A stretch of 64,000 nucleotides of DNA from Spirochaetia bacterium (GTDB lineage: Bacteria > Spirochaetota > Spirochaetia > SZUA-6 > Bin103): NCBI GenBank assembly GCA_965208575.1, contig CBDBOV010000002.1, forward strand, positions 704,001-768,000. Reading direction: 5' to 3'. The position numbers and the translations under genes were made by a program. The notes under the pieces are model-generated. The model ran no database searches, was not told the DNA's origin, and was given only the letters and a program-made list of their open reading frames with translations. Below, piece after piece: positions 39,914 to 49,193 of the stretch (position 1 is its first letter; each line of letters begins with the position of its first letter).

Positions 39914-40234
39914 TCAGGCGCGCACGGGCTTGCCCGCCTTCCTCCTTGACGCAAGCCAGCCACGAAGCGAGCCGGGACTCTCACCAGACGGTCTGCCGGC
40001 GATGAGATCGGGCACGCTCAGATCCTCGTCCAGATCGGGCCAGTGCAGTGCGACCCCATCGCCGAAGATTTCCACCTGTTCCCACTCCCGCGGAGTGCCG
40101 TGCCACAATCGGGGAAACCATATGAGCGGAACGACCATAGTACGGCCGTCGACCAGGTCGATCGTGAGTGACTCCTCGTCGACCCGGACACCGGTGGCGC
40201 GAGCCTCGCGGACCTCAGCGACCGAAGAACTCAT
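39914..40234 (-). CDS. DUF2442 domain protein (putative antitoxin)
   Basis: L.DGR...VPL.WFPRL...T, HWPDLDEDLSV. Confidence 0.88.
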   Translation of the reverse strand: MSSSVAEVREARATGVRVDEESLTIDLVDGRTMVVPLIWFPRLWHGTPREWEQVEIFGDGVALHWPDLDEDLSVPDLIAGRPSGESPGSLRGWLASRRKAGKPVRA

Positions 40235-40451
40235 CCCACCGCTCCAGGAAGCCTCGCGATGCCGTGCCACGATCGCCGCAATCTGGTTCAACTCCGTACG
40301 GCTGTAGCGACCGGAATCGGCAAGCGAGACGGGATCGAGCCAGAACTTCGCCAGCTTGCTCTCGGTTCTCACGTGGACATGAGGTTGGCTCGCCGCGATC
40401 GTGCGACGTGAAGAAGAAGCGATACGGCCCATCTCGAAGAACAGTCGGCAC
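40215..40451 (-). pseudogene. DUF4160 domain protein (putative toxin) with two compensating frameshifts
   Basis: MPTVLR.GPYRFFF..HD..EP and FLERWDEFFG in one frame; PHVHV...AKFWLDPV in another. Confidence 0.75.
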
Positions 40452-40558
40452 TTGCCATCCACACTGATCCCGAGGCTAACGGAGGATCGAGCGGAAAGCA
40501 ACTCTCGTTCCGGTGCCGGGAGCGCAGGACGCGGTCAGCAGTGTAAGCTGCTGCGGTC

Positions 40559-41491
40559 ATGGCACAGGAAGAACAGGCGCCCGCGACCGTCGGCAAACGA
40601 GGCCTCCGGCTGCCGCGGATCGGGCTGGGCACCGGGCTGCACGGCGAGGTGCCGGAGGCGCAGTCGGTGGCAACCATCGAGCACGCCCTGGCGTGCGGCG
40701 TGCGCTTCTTCGATACCGCGCCGCTGTACGGCAATGGGCTGTCCGAGGAGCGGCTCGGTATCGCCCTGCGCGGCGTGCCGCGCGACAGTTACGTCCTGAA
40801 CACCAAGGTGGGCATCCTGTCCGGCGGCGTGACCGGCGGCTTCGACTACGACTTCAGCGCCGCCGGGGTCGAGCGCTGCTTCGAGCGCAGCCTGAGCCGC
40901 CTCGGCATCGAGCGCATCGACGTCCTGCACCTGCACGAGCCGGAGGGGTACGCCGAGCAGGTGCTGAGCGAGACCCTGCCGCTGGTGGCCGGCTGGCGCG
41001 AGCAGGGCGTGATCCGCGCGGTCAGTGCCGGGGTCAACCACTGGGGCATGGTGGAGCCGTTCGTCGACCACCTCGACTGCGTGTTGCTGGCCGGGCGCTA
41101 CACGTTGCTGGAGCAGACCGCGCTGCCGTTCCTGGAGCGGCAGAGGCAGGCGGGACGGCCGGTGATGGGCGCCGGCATCTTCAACAGCGGCATCCTGGCC
41201 ACCGGCCCGCGCGACGGCGCGCGCTACAACTACACCCCCGCGCCGCCGCCGCTGCTGGAGCGCGCCCGCCGGCTGCACGAGGCATGCGCCCGGTACGGCG
41301 TGGAGCTGGCCCACGCCGCAGTGCAGTTCGTGGCCGCCCAACCGGCAATCGCCGCCCTGATCTTCGGCGCCTGCAGCCCCGCCGAGCTGGACCGGGCGCT
41401 CGCCGGCACCCGCGCCGCCACCCCGCCGGCCCTGTGGGCCGAACTGCGCACCGCCGGCCTGCTCGATGCCTGCGCGCCCGTTCCCGTGTAG
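40559..41491 (+). CDS. Aldo/keto reductase
   Basis: FDTAPLYGNGLSE.RLG, TKVG, SL.RLG...ID...LH, AGRYTLL. Confidence 0.92.
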   Translation: MAQEEQAPATVGKRGLRLPRIGLGTGLHGEVPEAQSVATIEHALACGVRFFDTAPLYGNGLSEERLGIALRGVPRDSYVLNTKVGILSGGVTGGFDYDFSAAGVERCFERSLSRLGIERIDVLHLHEPEGYAEQVLSETLPLVAGWREQGVIRAVSAGVNHWGMVEPFVDHLDCVLLAGRYTLLEQTALPFLERQRQAGRPVMGAGIFNSGILATGPRDGARYNYTPAPPPLLERARRLHEACARYGVELAHAAVQFVAAQPAIAALIFGACSPAELDRALAGTRAATPPALWAELRTAGLLDACAPVPV

Positions 41492-41626
41492 CAGAAGCCA
41501 GCTTGCCACGCCCGGGCACCCAGCGCGGCGGCATCCGCCGGCATCCGCACCAAGTCGCTGGCGGCGGATGCGGGGAGTGCTATAATGTTCCGGTGTCAGC
41601 AGGGGCACTCCGGGACAGGGAAGGCG

Positions 41627-42046
41627 GTGGCAATCGATACAAGGACCGCGGCTGCTGGCCGGCACTCTCGGGTCAGCGACTTCGACTATGGAGCGGCACG
41701 GCAGTTCTTGCGCCGAAAGGAGGAGATGCGGCGCGCGGCGCTCCGCGCGCGATTGCACTCCGCGCGCCGCGACTTCGACCGCATCGTGAACATGATAGTC
41801 GAACGGTACCATCCGGCGAGGATCTACCAGTGGGGCTCGCTCCTGGATCCGCGCACCTTTGCGGAGTGGTCCGACATCGACATGGCGGTCGAGGGCATCG
41901 CCTCCGCCGAGCAGTTCCTGGCGCTCCATCGGGAGGCGTGCGAACTGACCAGTTTCGAAGTGGACCTGGTCCAGATCGAGCAGGCGTATCCCGCCTACGC
42001 CGCGTCCATCCGCGAGCGTGGACGCCTGATCTATGAGCGCACCTGA
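41627..42046 (+). CDS. Minimal nucleotidyltransferase (MNT) antitoxin
   Basis: IYQWGSL, SDIDMAVEG, VDLV; TATAAT at 41581. Confidence 0.85.
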   Translation: MAIDTRTAAAGRHSRVSDFDYGAARQFLRRKEEMRRAALRARLHSARRDFDRIVNMIVERYHPARIYQWGSLLDPRTFAEWSDIDMAVEGIASAEQFLALHREACELTSFEVDLVQIEQAYPAYAASIRERGRLIYERT

Positions 42047-42542
42047 GTCGATAGCAGTCCTGCGTGGTCACCTAGCGCAGACGCGAGAGATTCTGGCGGA
42101 CATCGATACCTACTATCGCGATTTCCGTGGCCGCGAGTTGCCTGCCCTCGGACGCGGCCGGACCAGCGCCATCGTCGTAGCCGAGGTATTCGACGATACC
42201 TACACCGCTCTCGAGTCGCTGTTCCTCAGGGTGTCGCAGTTCTTCGAGAACCGTCTGACCCCCGACCGCTGGTACAGTGATCTGCTGGAGAAGATGACGC
42301 TCGAGGTCCCCGGCATCCGCCGCCGGTTGATTGCCCGGCAAACGTATCAGCACCTGGCCGAACTGATGCGATTCCGTCACTTCAAACGCCACTGTGTGGC
42401 GCAACGCCTCTACGTGGAGCAGCAGTACGACTGGGATCGCATCGACTTCCTGGCACAAACCTACGACAAGGCGAAACCGCTGGTCGCTCGCGACCTCGAC
42501 CGCTTCGATCAGTTCCTCGTGCGCCTGACCCAAGACTCGTGA
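42033..42542 (+). CDS. HEPN domain RNase toxin (HepT-like)
   Basis: YTALE..F.R....FE, W..DLL..M, RHFKRH (Rx4H), follows MNT. Confidence 0.8.
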   Translation: MSAPESIAVLRGHLAQTREILADIDTYYRDFRGRELPALGRGRTSAIVVAEVFDDTYTALESLFLRVSQFFENRLTPDRWYSDLLEKMTLEVPGIRRRLIARQTYQHLAELMRFRHFKRHCVAQRLYVEQQYDWDRIDFLAQTYDKAKPLVARDLDRFDQFLVRLTQDS

Positions 42543-42627
42543 CCCGCCAGCGGCCTTGCGCCGAACCCGATATCGACCACCCCCGCTCCGTTCGCGCCTG
42601 AATCAGGCAGCTCGCCGGGGAGCGAGT

Positions 42628-44178
42628 TCAGAGGTAGTTGAGGGTGGCCAGCTCGGTGACGCGGCGCGGGTTGAACTTGCCGTCGCGGTTGACCGGGTTG
42701 TGGTAGCGCCGGGCGCGCTGTTCGGTCGGCGTGTCGGGCAGCCGCAGCACCGTGGCGGGGCGGGTGGTGGTGACCAGCCAGTCGATCAGCTCGGTGCGCA
42801 TCTCCTCCACGGTGTCGCGGTAGCGCGGCAGCAGGGCCAGGTTGTCCTGCTCCCAGGGGTCGGTCTCCAGGTCGTACAGTTCCGCGAAGCCGCGCTGCTC
42901 CCATTCGGCGCCGAAGCGGGCGAACATTCCCACCGGGTAGTGCACGTAGCGGTAACCGCCCTTGCGCACGCTCTTGCTGAACGCGAACTCGGTCACCGCG
43001 ATGCGCCGCACGGCGCCGGTCTCGCCACGCAGCAGGTGGGAGATGTCGTGGCCGTCGCCGGTCTCCATCGGCTCAATGCCGGCCAGCGCGCACGCGGTGG
43101 CGGCGAAGTCGACGCTCTCCACCAGCTCGTCGGCCACCCGGCCGGCCGGGAAGCGGCTCGGCCAGCGCCAGATGAACGGCACCCGGGTGATGGCGTCGGA
43201 GCAGATCCCCGGCGCCTTCTCCATGATCCCGAACTCGGCCGCGTAGTCGCCGTGGTCCGACGAGTACACGACGATGGTGTCGCCGGCCAGGCCGGCGTCG
43301 TCCAGGAACTGCAGGAACTCGCCCACCGCGTGGTCGACGTGGCTCACGTTGCCCAGGTAGCCGTGCAGCTTGCGCAGGCGGCCCGCCGCGTAGGTGCGCG
43401 GCTCGAACAGCGGCCAATCGCCGGCGCGCCAGCGCTCGACCGTGGCCCGGAAGTGCGGCGCCTTGCCGTGCAGGTCGTGGTCGGCGTTGGGCGGCAGGGT
43501 GAGGGAGTCCTCGTCGTACCGGTCCCAGAACGGCTGCGCCGGCGTGTAGCACTGGTGCGGCTTGGGGAAGTTGGCCTGCAGGAAGAACGGCTGCCCCGCC
43601 TCCGCGCAGCGGCGCATGAAGTCGATGCCGGCACGCGTCAGGTAGCCCTCCTGGCCATCCTCATAACTCACCTTGCTCGGGCGCGCGTCGCAGGTCTGGC
43701 GGCCGGCGGCGCCGAACTCCTGCATCGCGCCGTGGTCCTCCAGTTCGGTCAGGCCGCGCTCGGCCAGGTAGTCGGCGTACGCCGCCGAGCGTCCGCCGAT
43801 GCTTGAGCCGCAGGTCTCCAGGAAGAAGTCCACGTCGTCCTCCACCCAGTACTCCGGGCAGTGGATCTTGCCGACCGCGCCGGTGCGGTAGCCGTGCCGG
43901 CGCAGGTGGCCGAACAGCGTCGGCAGGCCGCCCGGGTTGGGCCCGCTCAGGCCGTAGTAGCCGTGGTTGTGGCAGTACTCACCCGACAGCCAGCAGGTGC
44001 GGCTCGGCGTGCAGATCGGGTTCTGGGTGATGGCGTTGTCGAAGCGCACGCCCCCGGCGGCGAGCCGGTCGAGGTGCGGCGTGTGCACATCGGGGTGCCC
44101 CTTGTGGCCGAGCACCTTGGCGTGGTGCTGGTCCGAAAACAGCAGCAGAATGTTGGGCCGGCTACTCATGAGCGCCAT
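42628..44178 (-). CDS. Sulfatase
   Basis: RPNIL...SDQH, TP.LDRLA, CTPSR, SDHGD, ELYDL..DP.E..NL. Confidence 0.93.
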   Translation of the reverse strand: MALMSSRPNILLLFSDQHHAKVLGHKGHPDVHTPHLDRLAAGGVRFDNAITQNPICTPSRTCWLSGEYCHNHGYYGLSGPNPGGLPTLFGHLRRHGYRTGAVGKIHCPEYWVEDDVDFFLETCGSSIGGRSAAYADYLAERGLTELEDHGAMQEFGAAGRQTCDARPSKVSYEDGQEGYLTRAGIDFMRRCAEAGQPFFLQANFPKPHQCYTPAQPFWDRYDEDSLTLPPNADHDLHGKAPHFRATVERWRAGDWPLFEPRTYAAGRLRKLHGYLGNVSHVDHAVGEFLQFLDDAGLAGDTIVVYSSDHGDYAAEFGIMEKAPGICSDAITRVPFIWRWPSRFPAGRVADELVESVDFAATACALAGIEPMETGDGHDISHLLRGETGAVRRIAVTEFAFSKSVRKGGYRYVHYPVGMFARFGAEWEQRGFAELYDLETDPWEQDNLALLPRYRDTVEEMRTELIDWLVTTTRPATVLRLPDTPTEQRARRYHNPVNRDGKFNPRRVTELATLNYL

Positions 44179-44646
44179 GGTGCCATCTCCAGCCGCTAGC
44201 GGGAACCGCAGCCGCCCGCATTGGGGGTCGACGTGGCTGCTACACCCGTGGTCGCGGCGCCACACCTCCGCTTCACGGCCGCCCGGAGGTACCGTGACCA
44301 GGGAGCGCGGCACTGCGCCGAAGCAACTCGACGCGGCAAGGGGACCGCTCCACCGCTGGCGAACGCTCTGCCAGCGCCGCGGCGCCATGCCCGGCGGCGT
44401 ACGCAAGCCTCTTCGGCGCCGAAGTCGGGAACCGGCGGCCGCCCCGCATCGGTTCCCTGACGCGCGTCCGGGTTCGCCCTGGGATTGGCACTTCGCTGGC
44501 GAAGTGGTGCGCCCGCCGCTGCTCGGTGGCGCCGCCGGCGACGCGCTGCCGTGCTCGGCGCCTGGTGCTCCGTGCCCGAGTGGCGCTTCGCCGGAGCTTC
44601 GCCGGCCGGCGAGACCTGCCAGTTGCAGCAGTCAGGGATCACCACC

Positions 44647-46968
44647 ATGATGCGTGGGCAGAGGATGAACGCCGCCGCCCCTTTCGGTTCTGCCGCCGCG
44701 CTGTGGCACCTGGCCGACCGCCGATCGGCGCGCGGAACGGGCGAGTTGCTGGTCCACGGTGCGGTAACGCTCGGCGTGGAGCTGTCGCCGGGCGACGCGG
44801 ATGCTTCGCGAAGGCGCGGGGGCGATGGGCGCGCCGCCTGCTTTGCCGGCGGCTACCTGGAGATTCCGCTGGCCGGGCTGGCCAGCCTTACCGGCGCCGG
44901 GATGAGCCTGTGCATGCGGCTGTGCGACCGTGACGGCACCTGGCAGGCGCCTCTGTTCGGCAGTTACGGCGCCGACGATACGGTGAGTTTCTTCCTGGAG
45001 GGGACCGACGGCGCCGCCAAGCCGTTTACCATCCGGCACGGGGAGAACGCGCACCACACCCCCTACCGTGACCTGTTCGGTACGCCCGGCGGGCCGCGCG
45101 CGGTGAGCGGCAGCACGGCGCTGCTGGAGTTCACCTGGGGAACCACGCCGCACGCCGGCATCGTGGCCGCGCTGCAGGAGCGTGGCTGCGGCGAGCCGCT
45201 CCTGGGTGAAGCGCGCAACGGCATCATGAAGGTCAACGTGCCGGTGGCGCATGTCGGGGCGCACGGCTGGCGCGACGTCGTGGTGCGCTTCACCGGCCCC
45301 AAGCTGGAGCTGTTCGTCGACGGTGTACTGGTGGACGAGGAGTTTCCGGTCGGCACCACCCGCCCGAGCACCGCCCCACTGCTGATCGGCGCCGCGGCCG
45401 CGGCGGACGGAATCCGCGCCGGCTTCCACGGTCTGGTGGACCACGTCGCGTTGTGGGACCGCGCCCTCTCCGACGCCGAGATCACCGTGCTGAGCGGCGG
45501 TGCAAGCGAGGTGGCGCGCCGCCGCGGCGAGATACGCGGCAGCGCCGGCGAACGGCTCCAGTACTGGCGCCCGCCCGGTCACAACGCCCGCGCCGGCGAC
45601 TGCATGCCGTTCTTCGACGGCGAGACGTTCCACCTGTACTACCTGGTGGTGCGGCGCAACCACCACGGCAAGTGGCAGAGCGGCCACGGCGGCCTGCAGA
45701 TCTGGCACGCGTCCACCCGCGACCTGCGCCGCTGGCGGCAGCATCCGATCGCCGTGCCGATCTCCGAGCAATGGCAAAGCTGGTGGGGCACCGGTTCGTT
45801 CGCGCTCCACGAGGGCACCTGGTTCACCTACCAGAAGGGCCCGAGCCTGCTCCCCGAGCGGCCGTGCGGCGGGATACAGCTCGCCACCAGCAGCGACGGT
45901 ATCCACTTCACCGCGCAGCCGCCGCACCCGGCGCTGCCCGGCTACGACTGCGACATATTTCACGAGACGGCCACCGGCACGTACCACCTGCTCACCACCG
46001 ACGACCGCGCCGGCCGCGCGGTGGCCGTGGTGCGCTGGACCTCGCGCGACCTGCGAAACTGGACCCGCGTCGCCGAACCGGTGCTGGAGACCGTCCGCGA
46101 CCAGTTCAACATCGACATCTGCCCGCACCTGTTCGAGTGGAACGGCTGGTACTACCTGTTCGCCGGCTTCGACGCACGCGGCGGGGTGTGGATGTCGCGG
46201 CAGCCGTTCGGGCCGTGGCGGCAGCACCGCCCGGTACGGCTGGACATACCCACGGTGCCGAAGACCGCGCCGTTTCCGCCAGGACGCCGTATCAGTGCCG
46301 GCTTCCTGGCCGACCGCGGCTGGGGCGGCAACGTCGTGTTCCGGGAACTGATCCAGCACCGCGACGGGACCCTCGGTACCCGCTTCCCGCCGGAGATGGC
46401 GCCAGCAGCCGGACCACCCGCAGAACTGCACTACCGGCCGCTTACCAGCGGTGCGCTTACCAGCGGTGCGCTCACCGGCGGCGCGTCCGGCGGCAGCTCC
46501 GCCGTTACGCTGCGCGCGGCGGCCGGCGCCCAGGCCGCGATCCACGCCGGCACGCCGGCCAACGCGCGGCTGCGGTTCACGGTGGCTCCGGACCCCTCGA
46601 CGCTCGGCCCGTCCAGCAGCTTCGGCGTGGCGTTGCGCTGTGGTGGCCGCGGCCCGGCACCGCTTGCGGCGCGTGCCGGAGTGCTGGCCTTCCACCCGCA
46701 AGCCGGGACCGTGACGCTCAGCACCACCCACGCGCAGCCCGACGGCACGGTTTCCGAGGCGGTGATCACCGACGTGGCCGGCCTCGACCGCCCGATTGCC
46801 GTCGAGATGATCACCAGCGGCGACATCGTCGACGTCTGCATCGACGGCCGGCGCACCATCATCGGACGCCACTGGAACCCTTCCGGCGACCGGCTGACTT
46901 GGTTCGCCAATCACGCCACGGTGGCGTTCACCGGCATCGAAGCAGCGCCCTTGCACGCGCCGCGGTGA
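44647..46968 (+). CDS. LamG-like jellyroll plus five-bladed glycoside hydrolase (GH32-like) protein
   Basis: L.VDGVLVD...F.GLVDHVALWDRALS..EI; GDCMPFF...FHLYYL, HAST.DL..W, GTGS, CP.LF. Confidence 0.75.
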   Translation: MMRGQRMNAAAPFGSAAALWHLADRRSARGTGELLVHGAVTLGVELSPGDADASRRRGGDGRAACFAGGYLEIPLAGLASLTGAGMSLCMRLCDRDGTWQAPLFGSYGADDTVSFFLEGTDGAAKPFTIRHGENAHHTPYRDLFGTPGGPRAVSGSTALLEFTWGTTPHAGIVAALQERGCGEPLLGEARNGIMKVNVPVAHVGAHGWRDVVVRFTGPKLELFVDGVLVDEEFPVGTTRPSTAPLLIGAAAAADGIRAGFHGLVDHVALWDRALSDAEITVLSGGASEVARRRGEIRGSAGERLQYWRPPGHNARAGDCMPFFDGETFHLYYLVVRRNHHGKWQSGHGGLQIWHASTRDLRRWRQHPIAVPISEQWQSWWGTGSFALHEGTWFTYQKGPSLLPERPCGGIQLATSSDGIHFTAQPPHPALPGYDCDIFHETATGTYHLLTTDDRAGRAVAVVRWTSRDLRNWTRVAEPVLETVRDQFNIDICPHLFEWNGWYYLFAGFDARGGVWMSRQPFGPWRQHRPVRLDIPTVPKTAPFPPGRRISAGFLADRGWGGNVVFRELIQHRDGTLGTRFPPEMAPAAGPPAELHYRPLTSGALTSGALTGGASGGSSAVTLRAAAGAQAAIHAGTPANARLRFTVAPDPSTLGPSSSFGVALRCGGRGPAPLAARAGVLAFHPQAGTVTLSTTHAQPDGTVSEAVITDVAGLDRPIAVEMITSGDIVDVCIDGRRTIIGRHWNPSGDRLTWFANHATVAFTGIEAAPLHAPR
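46441..46485 (+). repeat. 15 bp in-frame triplication (LTSGA)
   Basis: cttaccagcggtgcg x2 followed by ctcaccggcggcgcg. Confidence 0.85.
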
Positions 46969-47214
46969 CACCGAAATCTCGGACCTACGAGATGGTGCGG
47001 GAGCGGTGTAAGGTGCGGTAAGTGGCGCCGGGCACAGGCAGCGGTCACGCCGGGCAGCGTCACTGCGGCAGTCGCCTCGATGCCGGCCATGGCAACCAAT
47101 GCCCAGGATCATGCCCGGCCCGCCACCGTGGCTGGACGATGACGTAGTTCGGAGACGACGGCACACCGCTGCCCGGCAACACCTATGCCGGCAAGGCCGG
47201 CAAGCGAGTCCGTT

Positions 47215-47670
47215 CTAAGACTCGATCCTCTGTAACACGATGTGGCAGACCTGTGAGTCCTCTTCAATCAGGCAGATGTGGTTCTTGTCAACTGTCACAC
47301 CACGGTACCGCAGGTCGCTGCCAAAGTTCATAGTCAGGTAGCCGTCGTGAACTCGCCAAGTACCAGGTCCCCCAGGACCAACCACGATAGTGACCTTCCC
47401 GTTCGAACCAAATGACGCTATTGCTGTCGCGTTCGGCCAGGGCTGGCACTGCGTACAGTCCTCCTGCATCCAGCGGAAATTCGCACCCGCCAAGTCCGAT
47501 GCTCTCACCGGGCGCCCTGCAGCAATGTCAGCGCTCGAAGGGGGGCTGCCATACGCTACTGTCTCCTCCGCCAACCGTTCCGTGGCTTCCGTAACGTCGC
47601 ATCCCACCAATAGGACTGCCCAAGTTACCCAGGTCAGCGCTATTGGACCGACTATTCTCATTACCTTCAC
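47215..47670 (-). CDS. Hypothetical lipoprotein, lower GC
   Basis: Lipobox LLVGC; CxxC; atypical composition. Confidence 0.6.
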   Translation of the reverse strand: MKVMRIVGPIALTWVTWAVLLVGCDVTEATERLAEETVAYGSPPSSADIAAGRPVRASDLAGANFRWMQEDCTQCQPWPNATAIASFGSNGKVTIVVGPGGPGTWRVHDGYLTMNFGSDLRYRGVTVDKNHICLIEEDSQVCHIVLQRIES

Positions 47671-47714
47671 GCTGGCATCTCTATCACAGTGGTCGGCTCG
47701 TCGGCAACGCTGCA

Positions 47715-48766
47715 TCACTCCCTCAGATCCACAGTGCCTGCCAATTCAAAACGGTGGATGGTGCGGTGGCGGTAGGGGGCGCCGGGGCGCAGGACGGTGG
47801 AGGGGAAGTGGGGATGGTGCACGCTGTCGGGGTAGTGTTGGGTCTCCAGGCACAGGCCGCCGCGCCGGTCGAAGGTGCGGCCGCCGGCGCCGGCGGTCCG
47901 GGTCAGAAACTCGGCAGTATAGAACTGCACGCCGGGCTGCGTGGTAGCGACCTCCATTGCCCTACCTGTGGCAGGGCAGTGCAGGCGCGCGCAGGTCCGG
48001 AGGGTGCCGGGCTCGCCGTCAATCACGAAGCAGTGGTCGTAGCCCCCGGCCGCCTCGATCCGTTCGCCGACGCGGCGCGGACTGGTGAAGTCGAACGGCG
48101 TGCCGCGCACCGGAACGATGGCGCCGGTGGGCAGCGCGCCGGCATCCTTCTCCAGCACCTGCGAGCAGTCGAGTTGCAACTCGTGATCCTCGATGCTGCG
48201 GCTGCCGGCGCCGGCCAGGTTCCAGTAGGTGTGGTTGGTCAGGTTGACGATGGTGGGCGCGTCGGTGGTGGCGCTCAGCTCGATCGACAGTTCGTCATCG
48301 TCGGTGAGCCGGTAGACGACGTCGGCGGTCAGGGTGCCGGGGTAGCCTTCCTCGCCGTCGGGGCTCACGTAGCGCAACGCAATGCGGTCCTCTCCGTTCC
48401 CTTCATCAGCGGCGGCGTGCCAGATGCGCCGGTCGAAGCCCACCTCTCCGCCGTGCAGGTGCACGCCGCCGTGATTGCAGGCCAGCCGGTAGCGCGTGCC
48501 GTCCAGGGTGAACGCACCGCCCGCGATGCGGTTGGCGACCCGCCCGGCGATGGCCCCGAAGTAGGGCCCGCCCGCCGCCAGGTAACCGTCCAGGCCGGCG
48601 TGGGCGAGCGTGATCTCGTCGCAGCCGTCCCGCCCATGGGTGCGCACCGAGTGCAGGTTGGCCCCCAGGGTCAGCACGCCGACGCTGGTGCCGCGGGCGT
48701 TGCGCATGCAATAGCGCTCACCGGCTGCCCTTCGACAGCCCCGAACCGGAAGCGGGCAATACTCAT
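47715..48766 (-). CDS. galM: Aldose 1-epimerase, frameshift near 48719
   Basis: GR.ANRIA, LHGG..GFD, EGYPG, NLTNHTYWNL, CLETQ..PD; MSIARFRFGAVEGQPV start is one base out of frame. Confidence 0.88.
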
Positions 48767-48789
48767 CTCGTTGGCGTTCCCGTGTGGCG

Positions 48790-49190
48790 GTGCGGGAACC
48801 CGGCTTCGCGGAAGCTGCTCGGCGCCATGCCACCGGCCTCGGCACAGCCTCGCCGATGGTGAGGGCGCTCGCGGGCGGTGCGGCCGATGCGTCGCCTGGG
48901 GCCATGTTCACCGCGCATCACGTCATCGGCAGCTCCGGCACGGTGTCGTGCGGTGACCGGAGCGCACCCGCGCCGCAGGCGGTGTCGCCCCCGGCCGTCG
49001 GCGAGGTGACCGTGCGGCGGCGCGGGCGTTGGTGTCATGCGGCGACCGGAGTGCTCCGGTGCGCCGTGGTCCGGTAGCCAGCCGCCGGTGAGGTGGCCAC
49101 GCGACGGCGACGCCGGCCTGTTCGCGCCTCGGCCGATGGTAAGCACGGCGCTTCGCCGCCGGCGGCAGCGCTTCGGCGTTGCGCTGCACC
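48790..49190 (-). pseudogene. Heavily decayed aldo/keto reductase remnant
   Basis: Fragments QRNAEA, GV..AW..L.GGWL.G and EQL(R)E appear in the expected order across frames. Confidence 0.35.
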
Positions 49191-49193
49191 GCA

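Noticed and set aside
44200-44640. Long intergenic region with hairpin cacttcgc-tg-gcgaagtg as a riboswitch or ncRNA
   Set aside because: No recognisable Rfam-type consensus; could be decayed coding sequence
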